Assembly (NCBI RefSeq): GCF_001194135.2
Contig: NC_068984.1
Span: 104,880,173-104,944,172 of the forward strand
Reading direction: 5' to 3'
Length of the DNA stretch: 64,000 nucleotides
DNA from: Octopus bimaculoides
Taxonomy: Eukaryota
The translations under genes and the position numbers were made by a program. The notes below the pieces were generated by a model. It ran no database searches. It saw only the letters and a list, made by a program, of their open reading frames with translations, and was not told the DNA's origin. Of this stretch, positions 36,581 through 47,862 are shown one piece after another. Positions within the stretch are counted from its first letter, which is position 1. Each line of letters opens with the position of its first letter.

Positions 36581-37039
36581 ATCAGTACCAGAAAGTAAAT
36601 AAAATAAGTCTGGATGATGTAATACAACAAACTTTGTTGTCCATTAAATGTTATAAAAAGAATTTGTCAGTTAAATGAAATATTTTACTACTAACCCATA
36701 GGTCTTGAATTAAAATACACTGAAAGTATTTTATTGTGTATCTAGAATCCTACTTTTTCAGATCATCTCACTGTCATGAAGGTAATGTAATACTGGATAT
36801 GTTACTTGTAATATGTTGGTATCATTTCCAGGTCTGGGAATGGTTCATCTTATATCCTGTTAATGCTATGAAATTGGAGCTAATCACTGGCCCATAACTA
36901 CATCTCAAGTTTCTTTGGACATGTTTCACTCTTTTGTTTGCCTTTAATTTTTTCACAAAATGTTTTTAATGTTACTGACATACATACACACACAAGTATT
37001 AACTCATGGAGGTATGATAATAGTTATGTAAATTATAAG

Positions 37040-37290
37040 GAATAAAAGTTTAGAATGGTACAACAATACACTATAAAACAAGAAATGGACTATATACCTG
37101 TTGTAATTTGGTTATCTATAGTCTGATGATATTTTGGAATTCTTCTTGGCTGGAGTCTCCAACCAAGAAGATCTGAAGAAGGAATTGTAATTCCGAAATA
37201 TCATCAGACTACAGATAACCAAATTACAACAGGTATATAGTCCATTTCTTGTTTTATAGTGCATTGTTGTACCATTCTAAACTTTTATTC
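37040..37290. repeat. Palindrome centred at 37156 (arms 37040-37155 / 37157-37290)
   Basis: 4 mismatches in 116 bp; right arm has an extra 18 nt (37172-37189). Confidence 0.95.
37169..37205 (+). ncRNA. Minimal type I hammerhead ribozyme motif
   Basis: GAU-CUGAAGA(37173-37179)-A-GGAAU-UGUA-AUUCC-GAAA(37195-37198)-UA-UC|AUC; palindromic stem III AUAU, AUC triplet, 3-bp stem I. Confidence 0.68.
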
Positions 37291-37525
37291 TTTACAAACA
37301 ATACACAATGCTTCAAGCGAACTACAATACTCTCCTATATAAATTATCATTAGAAATACACAGAACATTTGGTTCACTGATACTCTTCTAGCTGGACAGT
37401 GAAAACTTTTTTTTAATGTTTATTTTTACAACAAAAAATTTTCTTTTGAAATCTTTGAATGTCTCTTGATAATAATTTGAAATAGTTTAAAATTCTATGT
37501 ATTCATTGTCTTATTTTATACAAAA

Positions 37526-39114
37526 CTAGCAGAGACACCCGGCGTTGCCCGTGTTACATGCAATGGAAGAATTATACTTTTCTGTTATATTTTCTCTAAT
37601 GAACTGGAATACCTATGATTCGAATTTCATCAAAATTGCAGATGAGGGTTCTTTCCCTCTTTACACACCCTAAAAAAATTCTAATCATGACACATGTATC
37701 CCATACTACTGATCTTTATGCGCAGATTCCAAAATTCCAGTCTTATGGAACCTGTTAAAAGGATTTTGCTCCTAAAAAATGGAGGTCATGGAGCTCTAAA
37801 ATGTGGGAGTTAAGGCCCCTATTGGGGGTGGGTGTCTTAATGTTAACCAGAGAAGTTGAATTGTTGAGAATCTTTTNNNNNNNNNNNNNNNNNNNNNNNN
37901 NNNNNNNNNNNNNNNNNNNNNNNNNNNNNNNNNNNNNNNNNNNNNNNNNNNNNNNNNNNNNNNNNNNNNNNNNNNNNNNNNNNNNNNNNNNNNNNNNNNN
38001 NNNNNNNNNNNNNNNNNNNNNNNNNNNNNNNNNNNNNNNNNNNNNNNNNNNNNNNNNNNNNNNNNNNNNNNNNNNNNNNNNNNNNNNNNNNNNNNNNNNN
38101 NNNNNNNNNNNNNNNNNNNNNNNNNNNNNNNNNNNNNNNNNNNNNNNNNNNNNNNNNNNNNNNNNNNNNNNNNNNNNNNNNNNNNNGGCCTTGAAATCAA
38201 TGTTACCATCTGGGGACTATGTGTGACCCAGTGATAATAAAAAGACTCAAAGGAGGTCTGCAACCAAATAACTTTACTCAACACTTTGCAACTGAATCAG
38301 TGGAGGCAAAGATGCCTGTCATTTACTCAACAATTTATGCACCACATTGCAGAAATCACAATCTAAGTATATCTCAAAGCAAACTCTTACACTGTTGTAC
38401 CATTGAATTACAAATAACACTCATCTTTTGTGCTCAGGTGACCCTACAGCTTTCAACAGTACAACTGTATTCGTCTTGTTTAAATAAAATGACTAAATTG
38501 TGGGTGTTAAGTCCCCATGAAGAGGTCTTTCAAACTTCTAAGAAGACGAAATTTTTTCATTTGTGTATAATACCTATGGTTAAAATTTCATCAAAAGCAA
38601 AAATACATGAATTTTCATGGGGTTATGGCCCTTATGCATAGAATATAATTTCCAAATTTCATAAAGATCCATTCAGTACTTTTGACCTAGTTTTGGATCA
38701 TAAAAAATGACTAAAATTTGTGAGTTAAGGCCCCCATTAGGGGGTCTTAGTATCCTCATGAGAAGTGGAAACTTTAAGAATACTTCTTGATGTGTATCAA
38801 TTACCCATAGTTGAAATTTCATCAACATCGAAAATTTATCAATTTTCATGGGGGTTCTGCCCCCTTTAAGCCATCTCAAATTGAAACCAAACATACTGCA
38901 TTATACCCGCCTTTATGCATTGAATCTAAGTCCCAAATATCATAAGGATCTATTCAGAAATTTTGGTCCATGAAATTGTATGAAACACACAGCATTACCC
39001 TTCTCCTTAGGCTTGGATTTTGTGTTCCAAATTTCATTACGATCGGTGCAGTAGTTTTCAAATGTATAAGTAACACATGAACACACATAAAGACATTGAC
39101 TTTTATATAATAGA
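37526..39114 (-). mobile_element. Non-autonomous Helitron with both termini (contains gap 37877-38187)
   Basis: 5' A|TCTATTATATAAAA at 39114; 3' imperfect hairpin CACGGGCAACGCCGGGTG then CTAG|T at 37526; AT target, no TSD; internal aaatttcat and cccc...gggg repeats typical of such elements. Confidence 0.85.
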
Positions 39115-39161
39115 TATGAATATGCACATATACATACATGTATGTGTATGTGTGTATGTAT

Positions 39162-39225
<64 letters not shown>

Positions 39226-39259
39226 GATAGATTGATAGATACAACTGAGNNNNNNNNNN

Positions 39260-39302
<43 letters not shown>

Positions 39303-39534
39303 GATAGATTGATAGATACAACTGAGTGGGCAAACAAAAATATGAGACACTGCCAAGTGCATTTTTTTATTTTGATAAACCTGGTACTTATTCTATCAGT
39401 TTCTTGTTGTCAAACCAGTAAGTTATGGGGATGTAAATAAACAAAGAGCAGCCGTGAAGCAGTGATGAGGGAGAAACACAGAGGCAAAGACACACACATA
39501 CACTTACATATAGACATACATATATATATGATTG

Positions 39535-39690
39535 ATTTCTTTCAGTGTCTGTCTACAAAATCCACTCACAAGGCTTTGGTTGGTTTGAGGCTATGGCAGA
39601 AGACACATACCAAGTCACCACACAGTGGGACTGAACCTAGGACCATGTGTTTTGGGACCAAGTTTCTTACTACACAGCCACACCTGCACT
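39535..39690 (-). mobile_element. SINE family A
   Basis: Reverse complement gcaggtgtggctgtgtagtaagaaacttgg...ggttcagtcccactgtgtggtgacttgg...aaagccttgtgagtggattttgtagac. Confidence 0.8.
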
Positions 39691-39933
39691 TATGTATGTG
39701 TGTGTGTATGCGTGTGTGTATGAGTGTATATATGTATGCATGTATATGTGTATATATATGTGTACATATCACATGTACATCTATATATATATATCTGCAC
39801 ATATACATGTATACATATACATCTATATATATACATTTATACATATACATCTATACATATAGAGCTATACATATACATGTACACATATACATCTAAATAT
39901 ATAGTTGTATATATATATATATACATCTATATA

Positions 39934-40242
39934 TCTATATATATATAAAGATGAGAATGTGTACCTGTGAGTCTGTCTGTGTGAATCCCTAAAACTGGAG
40001 AACTACACAACCAATTTCATTCAAATTTTACACATGCCTTACTTAGGGTCCAGGTAGTGTTTTAGACCAAAAAAAGTTTTAACTTCTTCCCTAGTGCGAG
40101 CCCAGTGCAATATCACATCTCCTCAATTATTGCAGTATTACGTGTCAAAAGTGAAACAGTAACATCTCTCTATTCTAATGTCAGACAGTTTCACTTTAAT
40201 AGTTTCACTTTTAAAGTGAAACTATTATTTCACATATATACA
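39934..40242 (+). mobile_element. Helitron-type 5' arm (left)
   Basis: A|TCTATATATATATAAAGATGAGAATGTG, (GTCT)-like tract, aaaact..aactacacaaccaatttcattcaaatttt; same architecture as the 39114 5' end. Confidence 0.7.
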
Positions 40243-40329
40243 TTAACTATAAAAACACTGTCTGGTAAGATATAAATATAAACTGAAGCTAAAACTTATT
40301 AAAATATTCTTACTGTTTCTTCAACTTAC

Positions 40330-40404
40330 TGGAGAAGGGCTCCTGGCTCCTTTTACTGCAGGCGAAGGAGTAAAAAACGAAGATATTTTGAATTGTCTGG
40401 GCAT
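40330..40404 (-). CDS. Candidate 75-nt first coding exon MPRQFKISSFFTPSPAVKGARSPSP with PIP-box-like motif
   Basis: ATG at 40404, donor CCA|gtaagt at 40329 (phase 0); QFKISSFF fits Q-x-x-[ILM]-x-x-F-F; similar to recalled human MSH6 MSRQSTLYSFFPKSPAL. Identity of parent gene unresolved. Confidence 0.5.
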
Positions 40405-40474
40405 TGATATTACAAACAAATTAACAATTCGACTCGAGAGGTAAACACAAACCACCCCGTGCTGACTGCAAAAC

Positions 40475-40484
40475 TCCCGCCAAA
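40475..40484 (-). promoter_or_regulatory. E2F-type site TTTGGCGGGA in a CpG-retaining patch about 70 bp upstream of the ATG
   Basis: Fits TTTSSCGS; neighbouring TGGCGAA; local CpG density far above the window average. Confidence 0.45.
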
Positions 40485-40495
40485 TTCGCCAGAAA

Positions 40496-41510
40496 CACAC
40501 ACACACATACACACACATCCATTTCATATATCTTCTTTCAATTTTTGCTCTCTGCAAATAAAATTTTTACGGATACAACTGCTTACAAAAATAAGGATTA
40601 ATATATCATTTCTTTCTACGTTTGTAATTAAATCAATGTTTTCATGATTAGAGAGAGGTCCAATAGAATAGCTCTCACAAACAGACTATGTACAAATTCA
40701 TTCTTCAGGAGTTTTCAAACAACATAATATCGAATTAAGACAGTAGGGTGTTTTGAGGGAGATTTGGCTGCTATTTCTACCAGGTCTAGCTACCATGTAG
40801 AGGTCTGATCTTAATTTTCATTCACATATTTGCATTTCAAAGATTAAACATAATCTTTTCCGTAAATCAACTATCGTAAAAATTTTATACGATGACATTT
40901 TCTATGTATGTGTGTGTGTACCTTAAAAGACGTCAATCATCATGACATACACCTTCACTCACTCACTCAAACTCTTTCTCACCCTCTTTCTCTCTCACAT
41001 GCACACGCACAAGCACGCATGCACACACACACACGCATGCACACACACACATGCGTGCACACACACACACATACATACACACACACACACACACACGTCC
41101 ATTTCATATATCTTCTTTTAATTTCTGCTCTCTGCAAATAAGATTTTTTACAGATACAACTGCTTACAAAAACAGGGATTAATGTATAATTTCTTTCTAT
41201 GTTCATCATTAAATCAATGTTTTAATGATTAGAGAGAGGTCCAATAGAATAGCTCTCAGAAACAGACAACATACAAATACGTCAATCATCACGACACACA
41301 CCTTCACTAACTCACTCTATCTCTCTTTCTCACCCTCTTTCTCTCTCACATATACGCGCAAGCACACATGCACACACGCACACACACACACATATACACA
41401 CACTTCTATTTCATATATCTTCTTTCAATTTCTGCTCTCTGCAAATAACATTTTTACAGATACAACTGCTAACAAAATAGGGATTAATGTATAAATTCTT
41501 TCTATGTATG
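40496..41510. repeat. Three copies of an about 349-bp module (40496-40710 partial, 40930-41278, 41279-41510 partial)
   Basis: Shared (CA)n-ATTTCATATATCTTCTTT..GCTCTCTGCAAATAA...GATACAACTGCT..CAAAA block; copies 2 and 3 share acgtcaatcatc start. Confidence 0.9.
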
Positions 41511-41516
41511 TATGCT

Positions 41517-41847
41517 TGTATATGTGAGATGAGATAATAGTTTCACTTTAATAGTTTCAATATTAAAGTGAAACTATTAAAGTGAAAATATCTGACATTA
41601 CAATAGAAAGATGTTATGGTTTCACTTTTGACACGTAATACTGCAATAGTAGAGGAGATATGATATTGCTCTGGGCTTGCACTAGGCAAGAAGTTAAAAA
41701 AATTTTTGGCTATGACACTACATGGATCCTAAGTAGGGCATGTGTAAAATTTGAATGAAATTGGTTGTGTATCTCTCAAGTTTTAGGGATTCACACAGGC
41801 ACACAGACAGACACACGGACACACATTCTCATCTTTATATATATAGA
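41517..41847 (-). mobile_element. Helitron-type 5' arm (right), inverted copy of 39934-40242
   Basis: Minus strand A|TCTATATATATAAAGATGAGAATGTG at 41847; colinear with left arm, roughly 85% identical by eye. Confidence 0.7.
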
Positions 41848-41928
41848 TGATCACGGTTCTCAGTTAAAGATAAAGCAAGTAGTTGATGAGGTAAGTATTT
41901 CTCAAGACTGATTCCTATAAACAGTTTG

Positions 41929-42013
41929 TAGATGAAGTCCAGCTATAGATGAAGTCCAGCTATAGATGAAGTCCAGCTATAGATGAAGTCCAGCTATAGA
42001 TGAAGTCCAGCTA
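41929..42013. repeat. Perfect tandem repeat (TAGATGAAGTCCAGCTA)5
   Basis: Five identical 17-bp units. Confidence 0.97.
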
Positions 42014-43378
42014 TGTAACTGCAATTTAAGTTGTTTCTAACCTGACAGAGCTTCCAAAGAAGAGGCTCTGTTGGATTAGAAGAATGGACAAAAGACTAAC
42101 ATTGGTAAGTTAATATAGAGCTTAAAGAGCTGCAAATGAATCAATTTCAGAAAAAACTGGAAGGAGATTAAAAGTCACCCAACTGATTGGCATGAAGCCA
42201 TTCACCAAAACACTGCAAAATTTTCCCCACAGGTACATTGTCTCCTCTCTTTACTTTTCTATAGTTATGACATTGACCTCTGTTCCTCAAAATTAATTGG
42301 TCGAACACATCCCCACTCCAGCTTATCTTCTGTTCTCTTCTATTGTGTCCATCCTGCTATTAGGCTCCTCCCTAACCCCTTCCCACAAACCTTTCTTCAT
42401 AGAATATTGGCCTTAGTTTGAAGGAAGAATTGGTACTGTTAATTTATTGATCCTCCTCGTATTATTTCTAGCGGCTCCTAAAAGGAGGAGACCAAACAGT
42501 CAGGCTAATAAAGTTGAGTTGAAGGCTGCTTATAACTGGTTCACTGAGTGGTACCAGTATCTGCCTTAAAATAGAACCATTTCATTTTTAATTGTAGAAA
42601 CTGAAACCCATGTAAAGGGATGCTGTCAAATTGCAAATCTATTGAAATGTTGCCAGCTGGAGAAATAGACATAAACATGATGATGTTTATGTATGTATAG
42701 TTTTCATTTTTTCTGTGGACATATGATATAAAAGGATAACATCTTGTTTCTTTACAAAATGTAGCTATATTTATTACTGCATGCTGATATGATTCATGTC
42801 AATATGAGAAGACAAATATTGAAATGGCAATGATGGTGATGATGAGGATGATGACGACGATGATGATGTTGATGGTGGGGATGAAGATGATGTATATAAG
42901 TTTGTGGAGGGAGGGGAAAGGCAGAATATATTATGTGAGAGTATGTGTTTATGTGTATAATTTGATATATAATTTTATATATCTTTAACCTCAATTTCTA
43001 TGAAACAAATTGAAAAGTTGGTTAATTATCAACCTAACTTATCTCTGTGGCCCCCACCATCCTAAACAATATTAATTTTAAAACATGCATTTTATCATTT
43101 GCAATGTATATCAATTTCAACAATTTCTTATGAAAACAAATCTTTTTTTAATAAGTTATAAAAAACAACCATTTTATGTGGATAAAACTAGCAAACAAGA
43201 TTCTATAATGATAAAAGTGTGCAGTAGAGCTTTAAGTCTGCCAAAATTTACCTTCAATAATGTGTTGACCAATGCCTTGTGAGTGAATTTGGTTAATGGG
43301 AACTAAAAGAAGCCTGCCATATATATATATATGTATATACATATACACATACTTATACTTTTACACATGCATACATGC

Positions 43379-43410
<32 letters not shown>

Positions 43411-43457
43411 GTGTCTGTGTGTGTGTGTGTGTGTGTNNNNNNNNNNACACACACACA

Positions 43458-43525
<68 letters not shown>

Positions 43526-44169
43526 TTTACATTTACTCTCTTTGAAAGTTACGAGCTACAAGCAATGCTTTTGTCATTTCTGTCAACAAATCATCTGCTC
43601 ACTTCATGCTTTTGAATATGTGTGAAGGAAGAGATCTATTGCTTGAAAAACAGGTGACAGTTAGAGACAAAAAAAAAAAGGTACCTGTCTGTAAAACAAT
43701 GTCTTGGTGATATATTCAGCTAACCCATGCTAGTATAGAAAAACAAACATAAAACACATGTGACTTAATTTACAAAAACAAAACACAAAAATTCTTTTAA
43801 ACAAAAATTATAGTAAGAAAAAAATATTGCTGTACTGGCAATTTATTTGGTGTAAACCTTGTGACTGAAGCAAATTTGCATGTTTTTCAATATCTTAACA
43901 TTATTAGTAACAAATCAAGATGTTCTCTTACAATATCAAAGTAGTTTCAAGCTTTAGGTAGCAAGCTAGTCCCCAAGCTAAAGCTAGATTCAACAAGATA
44001 AGAAGTGAGCTTTCAAACTGTTTATGAAGTGGCAGTACTGGCATAAACACCAAAATGTCTTGCTATCTTGAACTGTTTACAGGTATAAGTCTCATCATCA
44101 ACAAGTCCCCTTTTACCAAATTCATGATTTCTTTCCTATTTTAAACTTTAACATCATTGTCTCTTACCC

Positions 44170-44390
44170 CACATGTGTTATCTGATCATTGCCCTGACCA
44201 GCACTTGCCATCTCTCTTAAAACTATTACATATCATCATCTGCCTTATAAAGCCCTCTGATACTTTATGAGTAACTGAAGCAATCCTCCTAAGTGACAAT
44301 AAGTGACTGAAGCAATTCTCCACATTATGTCCATCCATATTCCTTACAAAAATATAATCAACAATACCAAATCTCAAAAGCTATATGTCA
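44170..44390 (-). mobile_element. Possible LINE AP-endonuclease relic
   Basis: IVDYIFVRNMDGHNVENC resembles the QIDYILVR..D...V.DC motif of RTE endonucleases. Confidence 0.4.
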
Positions 44391-44882
44391 AGAAACACAG
44401 TCTAGTACACTAGTTTTCCACTACATACCAACAACTTATAAAAGATGATCATCGGGAAAGCAAATAATGCTTTTGTGAATTAAATATTGAGCAAACTCCC
44501 AGATTGCAATATGATTTTCTGGTATTTTGCCAAGAATGTCTCTACTAATTTTGCAGGATCACCATATCTCTTGAGTTTCTTTGTCTTCTCAATTATGTCT
44601 CCACATTCTTCCTTCTCTATACAAATAAATTAAGTAAGACAAAAGATTTATAACTCTACATTGTGTCAGCTGTTACCTTGATATTATTTTTAACTACCAA
44701 TTTGTCATTATGACTTGGCTCGAAACTCAAAGTGCTTGAGACATACCTGAAGCAATCTCAGCAAATAAAAGATTACATAAACTCAGAAAAAAATTTTTTT
44801 TTCAAGTTATTTCTAGCCAACATTCTCATATGTTGACTGTACCACTTTTCACATCATAAAGGATTTTGCACAAAGACATCTT

Positions 44883-45515
44883 ACACAACAAAGACCCTTC
44901 ATGTCACCAATACATAAGAAAGACACTTCATGTCACACATGCACAACAAAATCACTTCCTGTCATCGATACATAACTAAAATCCTTCATGTTATTCATAC
45001 ACAACAAAGATCTTTCATGTTATCCATACACAACAAAGATTTTTCATGTCACTTATACACAACAAAGACCCTACATATCTCTCATAAAGAAGAAAGACAA
45101 TTTATGTCATCCATGTGCAACAAAGCCTCATGTCACAAATACATAACAAAGATCCTTCATGGTACCTATAAACAATAAAGACCCATGATATCACCTATAC
45201 AAAAGAATAACACTTCATTTTAGCTATACATAACTAAAACCTCCATGTCACCCATACGCAAAGTCCCTTCATATCACTCATATCCACCAAAGATCTATCA
45301 TGTCAACACACACACAACAAAACCCTTCATATCACACACACAAAAAAAACTCTTCATGTTACCCATACAAAATAAAGACACTTCATGTCACTCATACACT
45401 ACAAAAGCCATTTGTATTACTCATACACAACATATACACCCCATGTCACCCTTACACAACAAAATCACTTTATGCCACCCATACACAACAAAGATACTTC
45501 CTACCCTGCATACAC
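44883..45515. repeat. Degenerate 29-bp minisatellite, about 22 copies
   Basis: Consensus ACACAACAAAGACCCTTCATGTCACCCAT; consecutive 29-nt units read directly. Confidence 0.88.
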
Positions 45516-45841
45516 TATTCCATGAACAAACCCTTGAAAGCATTTTCCAGTGATGTCATGAAAACCAAGTCTCTTTTAACAGTACCGAAATGCAATCTTA
45601 ACATGCCAATGTTACAAAGAAAACCATTTACACCATACCACCTCTTAACAATATGAACAACTCAGAACTAAAATTTTTCCATAGAATTTACAAATACCAT
45701 TCCTTGAAATCCCTGATGATTTCTCATGGTAACCACAATTCTACAAAATACTGAAAACTGCATTTCAAAAGAGGTTCACCATTCCCTTTGAGACCAAAAA
45801 CTATTTTAGATCTAAACATCAGTTGAACCTCAACAAGTGTG

Positions 45842-45862
45842 TAACCCTAACCCTAACCCTAA
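45842..45862 (-). repeat. Short interstitial (TTAGGG)3.5
   Basis: TAACCCTAACCCTAACCCTAA on plus strand. Confidence 0.8.
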
Positions 45863-47699
45863 GAATATGGTTCATGTATATGGAATACAGCAACTGCTTC
45901 ATAGACAAACATTCTAGGCCATATTCTTCAAATGTTCAACTGATTAGCAAAGCTTCTGATATATCAGAAATATTAGGGGAACCCTAGAAAATATGTATTC
46001 TTATAGAAATTCGAAACAACATTTTGCAAGTGATGTGACTTAATTGAGCAATGGTTGTTTTGATATCACAACGAATTTAATTAACTCGGTCTGACTAAAA
46101 GAAATTTCATGAATTATTTACCATTACAATCAGTCTAGATACTTACATATTAAAAAAAACATATCAACAATGATTCCATTTATATTTACTGTTATATACT
46201 GGTAAAATCTGACCTATAAATAGCAAAGATTTAAAGTATCTTACTTAAATTGAAATTTTAAAAATTTGATGTATCATCTCTGCAAAACTCTTAATCTATC
46301 TTGACCTGTTTGATTTGAGGGTGTGGTAAGATTAAGAGGACATGCTAGCTTGGTAGGTACTAACAGTTCATGAATAAGGATAAATAGCTACAAAGATGGC
46401 ACTTAGCTTCAAAGTAGATGATATCTGTTTTTGGAAAGGTTTGAAGAATTACTGAACAAAAAACACTGAAGTATTTCAACTCTGAACTATTCTTAATACA
46501 TTAATACTGAGACTGTATCTAAAATGATAAAAATAGTTTAATGATTTCTTTCATAGGACAGAAACTCAGAGGGAAAAAACATTTGATTATATCAAAATAA
46601 CACTTAAGTGATACTTATTTTATATTGCCCCAGAAGTATGAAAACAAAATTTCATTGGGATTTGTACTTAGAATATAAATGATTGTAACTAAATATGACA
46701 AGGTACTTGGTTTAATACCCATTGATTCTGTCAAACTAACATCCTTTATAAAGTGAATGTAAAGGACTGCAACTATGACAAGATATTTGGTTCAATACCT
46801 AATCATTCTCTCAACCCCACCTTCATAGTGATAAACACAATAACCTATAGTTATAGTTTAAGAAAAATACTGGCTTTATATTAAAGTAAAAAGTGCATTT
46901 TCTATGCTCTGCTTTCAAGCATAAATTTCAACATAAATAAAACTAAATTTATGTGTGGTACTGTTACTTATAAACATAAATCTCTGCATGAATAGCTTAT
47001 TTGGATATCAGCATGTTTATTCATCTGTTTCAATAATAAGAGCTAGCTGAGTCAATAAGATTAACTGTGCAGAATGTAGATTATCAACATGAAGATCAAA
47101 TATCAAAAAGTTCTACAAAGACAATGATCAAACACCTAATTCTTGTGTTTCTTTTGTTACTGTTTAGTCAGTGATGGAGAGACAATATCCAGGACACTTT
47201 AATTTATGAAATCCTCAAACTTGAGACCTACTCTGAATACTGAGTGAATTCCACTAAAGACACCCAAGGATCAGGGAACAGTGTTAAACAGGGGTGATGG
47301 ATTAAGTCTTCCACTCAAGGAGTCAGATTGCAAAGGACCAGAACAAGCATCAGAGGATATCTCATCCTATAATCTAACAAAACATTTCTGTGGATGCACC
47401 ACCATGAAAGGGTGAAAGTTGAAGCCAGACTCAGCAGAATTTGAATTCTGGGTGCAGAGAGCTAGATGAAATACTGCAAGCTATATTTTTCAAACACTTC
47501 AGAAGTATTGCTAATTTGCTACTAGCTAAAGTTACCTAACTGTAATTAGACACCATATAACTAGATATCATGAGTATAGTTTATAAAAATGAAGGTGTGA
47601 ATAATAATAACTATTTTAATTGATGCAGGCATAACTGGTGTGTAAGAAGTTTGCTACCCAACAACATGTGCAATATGTGCACTCACACACACACAACAG

Positions 47700-47862
47700 G
47701 ATTCTTTCAAAATCTGTTTTCCAAGTCCACCTACAAGGCTTTAGCTGGTTATGGTCCAAAGCAGAAGATACCAAACTAAGGTACCACACAGTGGAAGTGA
47801 ACTTGAAACTATGTGGCTGGGAAGCAAGATTCTTAGCCACACCAGCATGCCTAAACCTATAC
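47700..47862 (-). mobile_element. SINE family A (with a short inverted head fragment at 47624-47665)
   Basis: Reverse complement ggcatgctggtgtggctaagaatcttgcttcccagccacatag... Confidence 0.7.

Noticed and set aside
39160-39330. Direct duplication (CA)n-AAAGATAGATTGATAGATACAACTGAG on both sides of a 10-N gap
   Set aside because: Identical sequence across a placeholder gap is a typical contig-overlap artefact; the same applies to 43410-43460.
2666-40329. A complete MSH6 gene downstream of the PIP-box exon
   Set aside because: No PWWP (WWP) or MutS-domain exons found on the minus strand; gene symbol therefore not assigned.
44883-45515. CRISPR array interpretation of the 29-bp (and 17-bp) repeats
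   Set aside because: Units are contiguous with no unique spacers, there are no cas genes, and the DNA is eukaryotic.
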